In this document: positions 13,981 through 26,031 of the stretch, one piece after another
How positions within the stretch are numbered: the first letter of the stretch is position 1
How the letters are laid out: each line of letters opens with the position of its first letter
Assembly (NCBI GenBank): GCA_002104945.1
Contig: MCFH01000003.1
Coordinates: forward strand, 1,550,001-1,614,000
Length of the DNA: 64,000 bases
DNA from: Piromyces finnis finn
Lineage: Eukaryota; Fungi; Neocallimastigomycota
Direction of reading: 5' to 3'
Program-made: the position numbers and the translations under genes
The notes under the pieces: generated by a model
Seen by the model: the letters and a program-made list of their open reading frames with translations, nothing else
The model's database searches: none
Told to the model about the DNA's origin: nothing

Positions 13981-16900
13981 GACCAAATCATGTTCCATAT
14001 CTTTTCCATGGTTTACTTGGAGGTTCTATTACCGAATTATTAAATACAAAAATGGGTTATCACTTTTCTTATGCAAATAATCCTATTGATGGAGTAATAT
14101 ATATATATATATATATGTGCACATTTAATGCTTATTCATTTTATTTACTTTCAAATTTCATAGTATAATAATACATTACCACTTATTGTAGCTAAATATG
14201 ATTTTAATGGAACGTTTATTAGATATGAAAAACTTACAGATCAATTTCAGGTATATCTATAAATTATTTATATATTGATATATTTAAATTTTATCCTTAC
14301 CAAGAGCTTTAATTCTAATAATAAAAAAAAATCAAATTTTTTTATTATTGATATCCCTATCATTTTTATATATGTTTAAATTTAATAAGCTTTGTGCTGA
14401 AGATGCAAAAAAATCATTTTCATTTACAAGAATTGGAACAAATTATAAAAAGAAATGTACTGTTAATATTGCCGATGAAATTGATAAACTAGATACCACT
14501 TATTTTTATGATATATGTATGTAATTAAATAAAATTACTTTTATAACCACAATGATTTAAAATAATGAAAAAAGAAAGAAAAAAAAGAGGTAGCAGTAGC
14601 TAACTTTTTATTATATATATATTATCATTTAAATTGCTCTATAAAAAAAATAGTTGTTGTTGATTCATCTAATGCATTATTACCTGTACCAGTCTACATT
14701 AAAAATAATGAAGTTGATTATTATAATCCGGTCATTGATTATGTACAAAAATACTATCGTAGAATTTTCTTTTTTGATATAATTAGTAGTCAAGGATCAG
14801 ATTCTCATATTGTTCGATATCCTAAAGAATTTCAAATAAAGTAAGAAAAATATAGATACATATTTATTTTTATTTTTATTTTGTTATATCTATCTATCTA
14901 TCTATCTATCTATCTAAAGAATAATAATATAAATGGTCATAATAAAAAATCATTATTTTAATAAATTATAAATATATATATATATATGTAAAAGGATAAC
15001 CCAAGGTTTTGAAAATGATGAATTTTTAATCCCGTATATCATTATTGAATATGAAGAGGAATATATGTCAAAAATTTTTAATGATGATGATAAAGGATAC
15101 TTCACAAAGGTATATATATGTATATTTTTAAAAAAAAAATACGTATAACCATTCCACTTTTTATATTGATCCTTTTTTATTGTTTATTAATAATGAAATA
15201 TCAATATTATTTTCTTTCTCTCTCTCTCTCTTTTTTTTTTTTTTTTTTATATTAAAGTTTAAATTTGAAGTAGATTATATTGGAGCATCATCAGAAACAT
15301 CATTTTATATTTCTATGGTATTTATGTTAACATTTGGATTTTTATTTGGATGTTTTAAAGCTTATGTATGGACAGAAAGAAATATTATTAAAGGTGATGG
15401 TATTGGAATAAAGGTAAAAAAAAAAAAAGATATATATATTTATACATATATATACTATACTATCTCTTTTACATTAAAAAAATATTAAAAAAAATTTTTT
15501 TTAATTAAATAAAATAATAAATAAATATATGAATGTTTATTTTATTTCTATTTATCTATTTATATTATACTTTTTTTCGATAGTGTTTATTTAAATGGAT
15601 TACAGAATGGATGGGTGCACTTTATCCATGTATTTACCTATTTTTATTAGGAACTTCTATGTTTTATTTAATATTTTTTAAAAATCAAGATGCTATCTAT
15701 GTTATTGTTCCAATGCAAGGTGCTTTATACATTTTATTCAAAGTATTCTTTATCATCACTTTTTCATTATCGGTAATATATCATCATTTTATAGATTTAT
15801 CCTAGATAGATACTATTTTTAATAAGAAAAGTGTGGAAAAATCCACATGAACATACCTATATTTTATTATTGTAGTTGATCATTCATTTTAATTTTATAT
15901 ATAATGAATATTGATAATTTATTAATCGTAAATCATCCTATTATTATTATTATTATCACGGTAATAGTTAATATACATTTTGGCTCAAATATTTGAACAA
16001 TGTAGAGTTTCCATTTTCTTTATTGATTGGGAAAAATCCAGAGGAAAACTTTACTCTCCAACAAATGAAGAATTAATTACAGCACCTGTTAGTGTATGGA
16101 GAACTTTCTTTTTAGCCAACCAATGGAATAAATTACAGGTATTATTAATATTATATTATATATGTATTTTTTTTTTCCAATTCTATTAAAAATAATAATA
16201 TACTATGGATTCTTTTAATATTTATAAGACTCATATATAATATAATATTTTGTATATATATTTTTTTCTTCTATATATATTTCAATAGACTTTTAGAAAA
16301 GTTAATATTCCTATTAGTATTGTTATTATGGTTTTTTTTTTAGAAGGCTTAAATTTAAGATATATTGCTTCACCTCATCCAAAAATTGGTGATTTAAGTT
16401 CTCGTGAACCTACCAGTATTTTTTTACTCTTTGGTTTAAATAGTTTATGCTGGTTTATGATATGCTGTTCACAAGTAATGAAAATGAAATAATTAAAAAA
16501 AAAATATTCAATATAATTTTTTATTTTTTTTATAACCATTCCTCCTTGATAACTATATTATAATATCTATATAATGTTATATATTAATCACATTATTATT
16601 ATTTCCTATTAAAAAAAAATAGATGCTTTTTAGATGGGCTATTTATGGAAGATACTACAAAAATAGAATGTTACAATTTATTGATTTACTTAGTTTATCA
16701 AATATTAGTATGATTATTTTTGATGAAAATTATCATGGATTTTATGTCCATGGTAGATCGGTACATCCCTACGCGGATACTGATATGATTGATATTTCAC
16801 ATAATTTATCAAAAGAAGCTGTAAGTAAGATGATAAATAAATGAGAGTAAAACAAACAAACAAACAAAAAAGATAGATAGAGAGAGTGTGAAAAAAAAAA

Positions 16901-17930
16901 GAAAAAATACATTTATAAAATTTATAATATATATATTAAACTTTTGTAGTTTTTAATTCCATAGATATCAACTTTTTTTTTATAATATATATTATATATA
17001 TATTATTAGTAACAAATGCTTATTTAAAATATATTATACATTTATTATTATTATTATTATTTTATTCATCCATAGACTGATTTATTACCAAAAAGAGGAT
17101 TCCAAAATACCAATAATATTTTATTTGAAATCTTTTTAACTCCAGAATTTAAAAATGTTTATGATAATATGTATTCTAATCTTCAGGAAAAAATACTTCA
17201 TTCTCAAAAAAAACAAAATATTAATAAAAAATTTAATCATCATCAAGGTCAATCTCATGGTATGCCTACTTTTGACGATGATAATGTATTAAATGCTTAC
17301 AAAGGAATGAATAAATTTTTCTGCCTATGGTTAGAAAAGGTTGGATTTAAATAGGAAATAGACATATAATATATATAATATATTATTAAATATTAAATAT
17401 TAATATATTTGTAAATATTAAATTTTTTTAAAAATCTTTTTTTTTTTTTATTATGATTATTTTGAAAAAAAAAAAAAAAAAAAAGAATATTAAAGATCAT
17501 TCTTTTAGCATCGAGGAAAGAAGTTTTGTCAAAAATATTCTTGGAACCCCACCAGCAATTAAAGATTCAACTGTATTTATTGAAAGTAAGTTTTTTTTTT
17601 TTTTTTTTAATATTATCATTTATAATTTTTTTTAATATAAATTTTTTATATCAATAATTTATTAATAATAAAAATTTTATTTATTTTTTTTTTAATCTAT
17701 CTATAGATTCTACCACAACTTTTTCCAATGTTATATTTGAAGGAATTGAATGGAATATGTTAATATTTTATTCTTTATTATTTAATTTTATTGATATGTT
17801 CTTTGATGATTGTATTACTGCTGCTATCTTTGTGGTTGTAGTTGATGTTTTATTGGTAAATATTAGAAAACATTTTGGAGAATTAAATGTTTCCCATACT
17901 TCCTTAATTGATTGGAAATTCTTGATTTAA
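12228..17930 (+). CDS. TMEM67: Meckelin (ciliary transition-zone MKS module), ~979 aa, 19 exons
   Basis: Exons 12228-12482, 12667-12766, 12885-13054, 13191-13271, 13453-13542, 13685-13812, 13982-14093, 14164-14250, 14390-14516, 14654-14840, 14995-15109, 15258-15413, 15584-15772, 15968-16138, 16289-16474, 16623-16820, 17076-17339, 17486-17585, 17707-17930 (2940 nt, in frame). Signal peptide and Cys-rich N-terminus; motifs ACQMLGNLCVL, IFFIDWEK...PVSVWRTFFLANQWN, FIDLLSLSNIS...HGFYVHGRSVHPYADTDM, C-terminal LIDWKFLI. An in-frame upstream ATG exists at 12189. Confidence 0.95.
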
Positions 17931-18737
17931 GATAACAAACAGAAAAAAAAAAAAAAAAAAAAAAAAAAAAACGTAGATAAGATTAAAAAACAGAAACTAT
18001 TTTTTTATAATATTATTATCTTTTCCTACACAACACTTTATCCTTTATTGATCTATTACTTTTTATATGGTGTATGTGGTAGAAGTGAATGATAAAAAAA
18101 AAAAAAAAAAGAATTAATTAAATCTTTTATTCAACTTTTTTTTTTTTTAATTATCAATAAATATTTTATTTCTCATGTATTTTATGTATTTTATGTATTT
18201 TGTATATTTTATTAAATAAAAATAATAATTATTATTAACACTTTAAATAATAAAAACATAATAATTCAATAACATTTAATAATAACAAAACAATAGTATT
18301 TATTCATAGATTTGTTTGTTTTTTATTTAAAAAAAAAAAAAAAAAACAATTTTAATTTTTTTTTTAATTAACTTTAAATTTTAATTAAAAAAAGTAAAAA
18401 TTAATTAATTTAAAAAAATAAAATAAAATAAAAAAAAACAAACCAATTTTCCTTTTTAAAAGTTAACTTTTTTTAAATAAAAAAAAAAAAGGATAAGGTA
18501 AAAAGAAAAACTTTTTTTTTTATAAATAAAAGTATGTTAAAAATAAAAACTAAAAAACTTTTTTTTTTTATATTTCTATTTTTTAAAATAGTATTTACTT
18601 ATCATAAAAAGATATAACCAATAATCGATACCTTTTTGAAAATAAAATATATATTCACACACCCACATATATATATATATTTTTAAATAAATTAACAAAT
18701 TAAAATAATAATACATTATATAAAATAAAATTAAAAA

Positions 18738-19947
18738 ATGACTGTTGAAAAAGCTTATCACGTTTGTTTAAACTGTAAAAAGGAAGGAAATTTAAGATGC
18801 AATCGTTGTAAAACTGCAGTTTACTGGTAAATATAATCCATATTCTATTATTAATAAATCTTAAATTTAATATTAAAGCAAAAAAAAAAATAATAATAAT
18901 AATAATAAAATAAAATAAAATTCATATTTATCAATTGAAATTTATTCTATTAAAGTATATGTAGTTTAACCTCTTTTTTTTTTTATTTTTAAAAAAAAAA
19001 TAATTTATTCATTATTATACATAAATTATACATAATAATGTATAATTCATTAAACATTTAAAAAAAAAAATTAATACTATGTTAATAATAGTTCAAAGGA
19101 ATGTCAAGTTCAAGATTGGAAATCTCACAAAGTTATTTGTAATGCTTCCAAAAAAGATTCCAACAGTAAAGAAAGTCAAGAATTAGTTTCATTCTGTAAT
19201 AAAAATAGTAACAAATTTGTTCCAGTCAATGATGATGCTAATAAAGTTTGGGATCAAGGTTCCAAGTATTATCTTCAAAAGAAATATGAATTAACAGCTG
19301 AAGCTTATGTTCATTCTATTTATTTGGATAGTACTATGACACTTCGTTGTAAACGTGGTGAAAATGTCATGAATCAATTATATAAACGTTTATTAGACGT
19401 TTCTGCTAATCCAGAAGATAATGAAAAAATTAATAGTAAATTCTTAGATAATCCATATGCAGGTATTCTTTATTTATATAGTTATTGTAAGGCATACACT
19501 GGAGAAGATGGTTTCCTTGTTTGCTTTACTAAATTAGCTGAAAGATACCCAGATAACGGTTATGTTCATTTATGTCGTGGTAGAGTTTTTGGTGAAATGA
19601 CTTCTTTATTACGTCAAAAGAATGCTATGAAGGAAAGTAGAGTAACTTTAAAGACCTCAGTAGATTGTTTAGAAAGAGCTTATGACTGGCTTAGTAGAAA
19701 AACTTTCACAACTACTAAAGATAGTGTTGAAGAAAATAAAAAATGTTATCTTTTACCAATTATTTATGAATTAGCTTTTGCTTACAGAGATATTGGTCGT
19801 ATTGCTGATTCTATTAAATGGTATAATAAATTTACAGATGAAGCACCAAAAGAACATCATGCTCTTGGTAAAGCTAAAAGTGCTATTCAATTCCTTGAAA
19901 AGGCTAGAGCCCACTTTGGTGATGTTTATGTACCACAAGAAAATTAA
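18738..19947 (+). CDS. zf-MYND plus TPR-like helical repeat protein, ~314 aa, 2 exons
   Basis: Exons 18738-18826 and 19092-19947. The junction restores CLNC...CNRCKTAVYC|SKECQVQDWKSHKVIC (canonical MYND). Downstream helices (WDQGSKYYLQKKYELTAEAYVHSIYLD; YELAFAYRDIGRIADSIKWYNKF) are TPR-like. Confidence 0.9.
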
Positions 19948-20552
19948 ATAAAATAAACCTGTTCTTTTTAGTTTATATCTATTTTTTTTTCTCCCTCATT
20001 TTCTCTTCCCATTATTTATTTATCAAACTCAAAAAGTGAAAGGTATTAAAATGAATAAGTACGTCTTTATATTAGACAAGAATAAATTTAATTTATTCTA
20101 ATAATTATTTCTATAGAGGTACCTTTTTTTTTTTATATAATAATTAAACACTTTTTTTCAACAATTTTAATAATTACCCTTTTTTTTAATTCAATATATA
20201 TACCTTATTATTATTTCAAATGTTAATTTATTTTCAATTTTGGTATATAAACTTTTTTTAATGTTTTTTAATCTTTTAAAAGACTATTTAAAAAAAATTG
20301 AAATGAAATAATACATACATTAAATTAATTACAACCATTTTGCAAATAATAATAAAACATAACAATAAAAATAAATAAAAAAAAAAGTATAAAAACAAAA
20401 AATAAAAAAATTTCTTTATTATAAAAAGTTGGTTTTAATTCAATCTTATTTTAGCGTCAGGATAAAAGGTGGTCTTTATACAAATTTTTATTATATATAT
20501 ATATATATATATTTATAAATTAAGTATTTTTTTTGAAATAAATCATATTATT

Positions 20553-20809
20553 ATTATTAATTAGTATTAGTATTAGTATTTGTAGTAGTATTAGTATTAG
20601 TATTAGTATTAGTATTAGTATTAGTATTAGTATTAGTATTAGTATTAGTATTAGTATTAGTAGTAGTAGTATTGGTAGTAGTAGTAGTAGTAGTATTAGT
20701 ATTAGTATTAGTAGTAGTAGTAGTAGTATTGGTAGTAGTAGTAGTAGTAGTATTAGTATTAGTATTAGTATTAGTAGTAGTAGTAGTAGTAGTATTAGTA
20801 TTAGTATTA

Positions 20810-20842
<33 letters not shown>

Positions 20843-20983
20843 TTAGTATTAGTAGTAGTAGTAGTAGTATTAGTATTAGTAGTAGTAGTATTGGTAGTAG
20901 TAGTAGTAGTAGTATTAGTAGTAGTAGTAGTATTGGTAGTAGTAGTAGTAGTAGTATTAGTATTAGTATTAGTATTAGTATTA

Positions 20984-21016
<33 letters not shown>

Positions 21017-21109
21017 TTAGTATTAGTATTAGTATTAGTATTAGTAGTAGTAGTATTGGTAGTAGTAGTAGTAGTATTAGTATTAGTATTAGTAGTAGTA
21101 GTATTGGTA

Positions 21110-21142
<33 letters not shown>

Positions 21143-21236
21143 TTAGTATTAGTATTAGTAGTATTGGTAGTAGTAGTAGTAGTAGTATTAGTATTAGTAT
21201 TAGTATTAGTATTAGTATTAGTATTAGTATTAGTAT

Positions 21237-21271
<35 letters not shown>

Positions 21272-21300
21272 GTATTAGTATTAATAGTAGTAGTATTACT
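20553..21300. repeat. ~750-bp compound microsatellite of (TAGTAT)n and (TAG)n blocks
   Basis: Direct reading; explains the artefactual poly-T/N and poly-V/L ORFs at 20557-21309 and 20672-21304. Confidence 0.95.
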
Positions 21301-21625
21301 ATAACACACCTTTCAACTTTTAAAAAAAAAGCATTTCTTCATAAACTTTATTAAATAATTTTTTATTTTTTAAATTTTTATATCCAATCATTTATTAATA
21401 ATCAATTTAAAATATAATTATTATTTATTTTTTTTTTAAATTTTTTTATTAAATTATCATTTTAATATTATTTAAGAAATAATAAAAAAATAAAAAAAAA
21501 ATAAAAAGAATAATAGTAATTTAAAAGAAAAAATAAATTGCTATTATAATACCATTTATTTATTTATTTTCATTTATCTTAAATATATATCCATTTATTA
21601 CTAATAATATCAGTAAATATAAATA

Positions 21626-24430
21626 ATGTTCAAATTTGGAAGTGGTGGTGACGTTAAAGTAGATCCAACTCTTGATTCTATTTTCAAGAATAGTGTAAAT
21701 TTCTCAACCAATTTTTTTTTTCTTTTTTTATTATTTTTCCATTTATAAAATATTTATATATATATACCTGTCTGTATCCACATACTACTATAAAATATCT
21801 TTTTTTTTTTAAATTTGTGAAACTGCAAAGTCATAACGCAAATGATAAAGAAAAAAAAAATTCAACACTATAGTTGTTTGAAAAATTTCAGATTAATGAA
21901 AGAAAAGAAAAGAAAAAAAAAAAGAAATTAAATTTCAAATTTACCCTTGTTTTTTGTTATAAAAAAAAAAAGAAAAGAAAACCGAATTCAATAAAAATAG
22001 GAAGAAAACATATATATTCAATTATACTCTTAAAAAATATAACAATTATTTAATAGTTAATACATATATATATATATACATTAATTCTATGTAATACAAT
22101 TGAAAATCGAAAAAAATAATAATACTTTGAATGAAATTCAGATGTTATTAATGTTTATTACCATACCCATTATAATATATATATATAATATAATTTTCAA
22201 GATAAAAAAAAAAAAAAGAAGGAATATTTAAAAATATTTTAATATATTTTATATCAACTATTTATATAGGTACCTGTTCCACCAAAGGTTGTCCCAGCAG
22301 AAACTCAACAACCAAAGAAAGAAAAGGTAGAAAAGACTGAAAAAAAGAAAAATAATGAAAATAAGAAAAAGGAAGTTAAAAATGAACAACCAACACCAGA
22401 TACTAAAAAGGAAGATAAAAAGAGAAAGAGAGATGAAGAAACTACCGAAACTACCGAAACTACCGAAACTGAAGTAACTGAAAAAAAAGAAAAATCTGAA
22501 AAGGAACTTATTGAAGAACAATACAGAAAACAATTTGTACATGAAGCTTTAAAAACAGAAAAGGCAAAGAAAAAGAATAAGGAAAAAAAAGAAAAAGAAA
22601 AGAAAAAGGAAGAAGAAGAAGAAGAATTAAAACCAAAAAAGAAGAGAAAGGTTAGAGATGAACCAGAAAAATTAGAAAGAACATTATTTGTTGGTAATCT
22701 TGATAAAAATGTCACTGAAAAGGTAAAATTACAAGAGCTGATGAATATAAATAGTATATAATAAAACTATTATAAATAAATTTATTATTATTATTATTAT
22801 TGTTAAATGAATCTATACTAATATAATACTTAATCCATCTCCTCCTTTTTTAATATATATATATATACTTTTACAATAACTATTATTATTATTAATTCAT
22901 AATTTCTTCATGATAATAATTAAAAAAAAAAAAAAATTCTGGATTATTTAATTTTAAATCACCCATAAACTACATAAATTTATGTGAAAAAAAAAATCAA
23001 TTCAATTTGTTATTATAAAATTTTATAGGCCAACCTTAAAAAATTAAAAGCATTATTTAAGAAATATGGTACTATCGAAAGTATTCGTTTTCGTTCAGTT
23101 GTATGTATTTAAAAGAGTCAATAAATTAAAAATCTTTTTTTTTTTTATTATTATTATTTCGGTTATATTGATAAAATATTTATTTATTTATTTTTTTTTT
23201 TTTTTTTGAATATGGATATATCATAATTAATTTATAAATATAAATATATCTATTTATCTTTTATCGAATAATTATAAAAATATAATGAATATATTCAATA
23301 TATATATGCTTCTTTCTTTTACTATCGATTTACAATAATAAATCAATAATTTAAAAAAAAAAAAAAAGGCTTTCAGTAATAACAAGCCAAAAAAAATTGC
23401 TTTCATTACTAAGGAATTCCATCCAGAAAGAGATTGTTTAAATGCCTATATTGTATTTGAAAATAAAGAATCTGCTGAAAAGGCCATAGAATTAAACGGT
23501 ACACTTTTCAATGAAAAACACATGAGAGTTGATCTTGAAAGAACAGAAAAGAAACTTGATGAAAAGAAATCTGTATTTGTTGGTAATTTAGCTTTTGATG
23601 AACAAGAAGAAGTTTTATGGAAGGCTTTCAGTGATTGTGGTGAAGTTGTTAATGTTAGAATTGTTCGTGATGCTAAAACTAATTTAGGAAAAGGTAATGA
23701 TATTATTCAAAAATTTTTTTTTTTTAGTAAATTAATAATTTTTATAATGTCATAAAAATTAAATCGATATCTAATGATTTATTATTTTTAATGTATATCA
23801 ATATCTATATCAACAATTAAAATTATAAATTTTACTTTGAAATATTTTCTCTTCAGGTTTTGGTTATGGTAAATATTATAAGAATATGAAATTTAGTAAT
23901 TTAAAATTAACAAAAATATATATATATATATTAATAAAAATTGTTTTTTTTTTTTTTTTATTTATTTAATTTATTCTTATTCATTTATAATTTATATTAA
24001 TTAATAGTTACTTTCAAGGAAAGATCATCAGTAGCATTAGCTATGGAATTAAATGATACCACTGTTGGTAAGAGAAAGATACGTGTTTTCAGATGCAAAA
24101 ACTTGAAGAAGAAGGAAGAAGAAGCTAATATGATGGTAAATACTATTTTACAGTAAATTAAAAAAAAAAAGTAAATCATAGTAAATTTTAAATATTAATT
24201 ATATATTATCCTTATTTCTTTCCTACATCAATTATACATTTTATACGTATTTTTTCCTATTTTATTAAAATAAATAGAAGGAAGGTGAACATGCTATTAA
24301 GAATAAAAAGATTGCTAGATTAATGAAGGGTCCAAAGACTAGAAAACGTTGGACTCATGCTCAAAAGAAACAAAATGCTATAAAGAAGCATAAGAAATTA
24401 TTAAAGAAGGCTGCTAAACAAAACAAATAG
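21626..24430 (+). CDS. NOP12: Nucleolar protein 12 (RBM34 family, two RRMs), ~403 aa, 7 exons
   Basis: Exons 21626-21694, 22270-22722, 23029-23100, 23369-23693, 23857-23868, 24008-24135, 24278-24430 (1212 nt). ERTLFVGNL, IESIRFRSV, NAYIVF, KSVFVGNLAFD and RNP1 KGFGYVTF; K/E-rich N-terminus. Confidence 0.93.
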
Positions 24431-25088
24431 ATTTACCATTAGATGTTATTATTATCTTTTTTTTTTTTTCTTATCTTTTCTTTAATATATATATTATATT
24501 ATATATTATTTTGTAGCCCTCTTTTTTTTTTATCATTGATTTTTCTTTTAAATTATTTTAATAATTTTCTTTTTTATTATTATATAAATAGGTATAACAA
24601 TTTAAATTATTTATTTTTAAAAAACTATACAATTTCTTTTTTACCTAAAATATATTTTAATTAAAAATAATAAGTAATAAAATATTTCACAAAAATAAAT
24701 TTAGTATTTAACATGATATAAATCCATTTTTGAGGATAATGAAATTCACAAGTATATAAAAAAAAAAAGGAAAAAAAAGTAAGGGAAAAAAAAAAGATGA
24801 TTAAAATTTGAAAAATAAGGTTGAAAATAATACGATTGAAAATGAAAAGGTTGAAAAAAAAAAAATTCTTTTTAATAGAAAAATAGACCTAGTGAAACTT
24901 TTACTATAATGAATTGCTTTTGATTTTTTTTTTTTTTTTTTTTATAAACTTTTTTTATTTATTAATTTAAATGATAATATATAAGAGATTTTATTTTTTA
25001 ATAATGACGGTAGGGGTGAATTAAAAATACAGATATATATTTTATTATTATTTATTTATTTATATATAAAGAATTAAATTCGTTAACA

Positions 25089-25911
25089 TCAGTCAATTAA
25101 TAGCTTTTTATTTAAAATTTCATAAATTATTCGATCTCGAACGTATTCTATGTGACTTTGATCAAAATCAAATTCTTCTTCACGACTGATATACTATAAA
25201 AAAAAAAAGGTTTGTTGGTAATAGTAATATAATTTAGATATAGATATTGTTAAAAAAAAAAAAAAAAAAGGTATTATTATTTATTTATTTATATTTATTC
25301 TTTATGAAATTTATAAACTTACTTCTGCAAATAAAAGCGTGAAAATACCACAATCATATCCATTTAATTGTGAAGGAATATCCTATTAAATATATATATT
25401 ATATATATATTATAATAAAAAATATTAGAAATACCCAAAAATAATTAATATGATTAATAATAATATAAAAAATAGGTTTAATTTTATTTCATTACTTTAG
25501 GACAATAATTTTCCCATCCAGTGAAATCATATTCACATTTCTTTTTATCTCTGGATTCTTCTTGAATATAATTTCTTAAAATCTAAAAAGAGAGAAAGGC
25601 ACACCCACACCAAATTTTTAAATTAAAAAAAAAAAAAAAAAGGATTATAAATATATATATTAACTAATCAAGTCATTTATGTTTTGTGGATTTTAAAAGG
25701 AGAGAACATTTTCACAATTATATAGTTATTTTAAAACTTACATATAAAGCATTTCGATCACTTCCATGAAGTGAATCATAATATTCAAAACGTTTTTTCT
25801 TAAAATTTATGGCTGAACAACACCAATGATTTCCCAAATGTATAGGAACTATAACAAAATCATAAAGAAATAGATCAAACTATTATATTTATTTAAATTC
25901 ATTAGATTATT

Positions 25912-25947
<36 letters not shown>

Positions 25948-25948
25948 A

Positions 25949-26031
<83 letters not shown>

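Noticed and set aside
20557-21309. 250-aa poly-T/N ORF (-) and 210-aa poly-V/L ORF (+), resembling a mucin or cellulosome linker
   Set aside because: Both lie entirely within the TAG/TAGTAT microsatellite and use non-ATG starts. There is no room for upstream exons before the divergent NOP12 start.
22258-22715. F/S-rich minus-strand ORFs
   Set aside because: Shadows of the K/E-rich exon 2 of NOP12.
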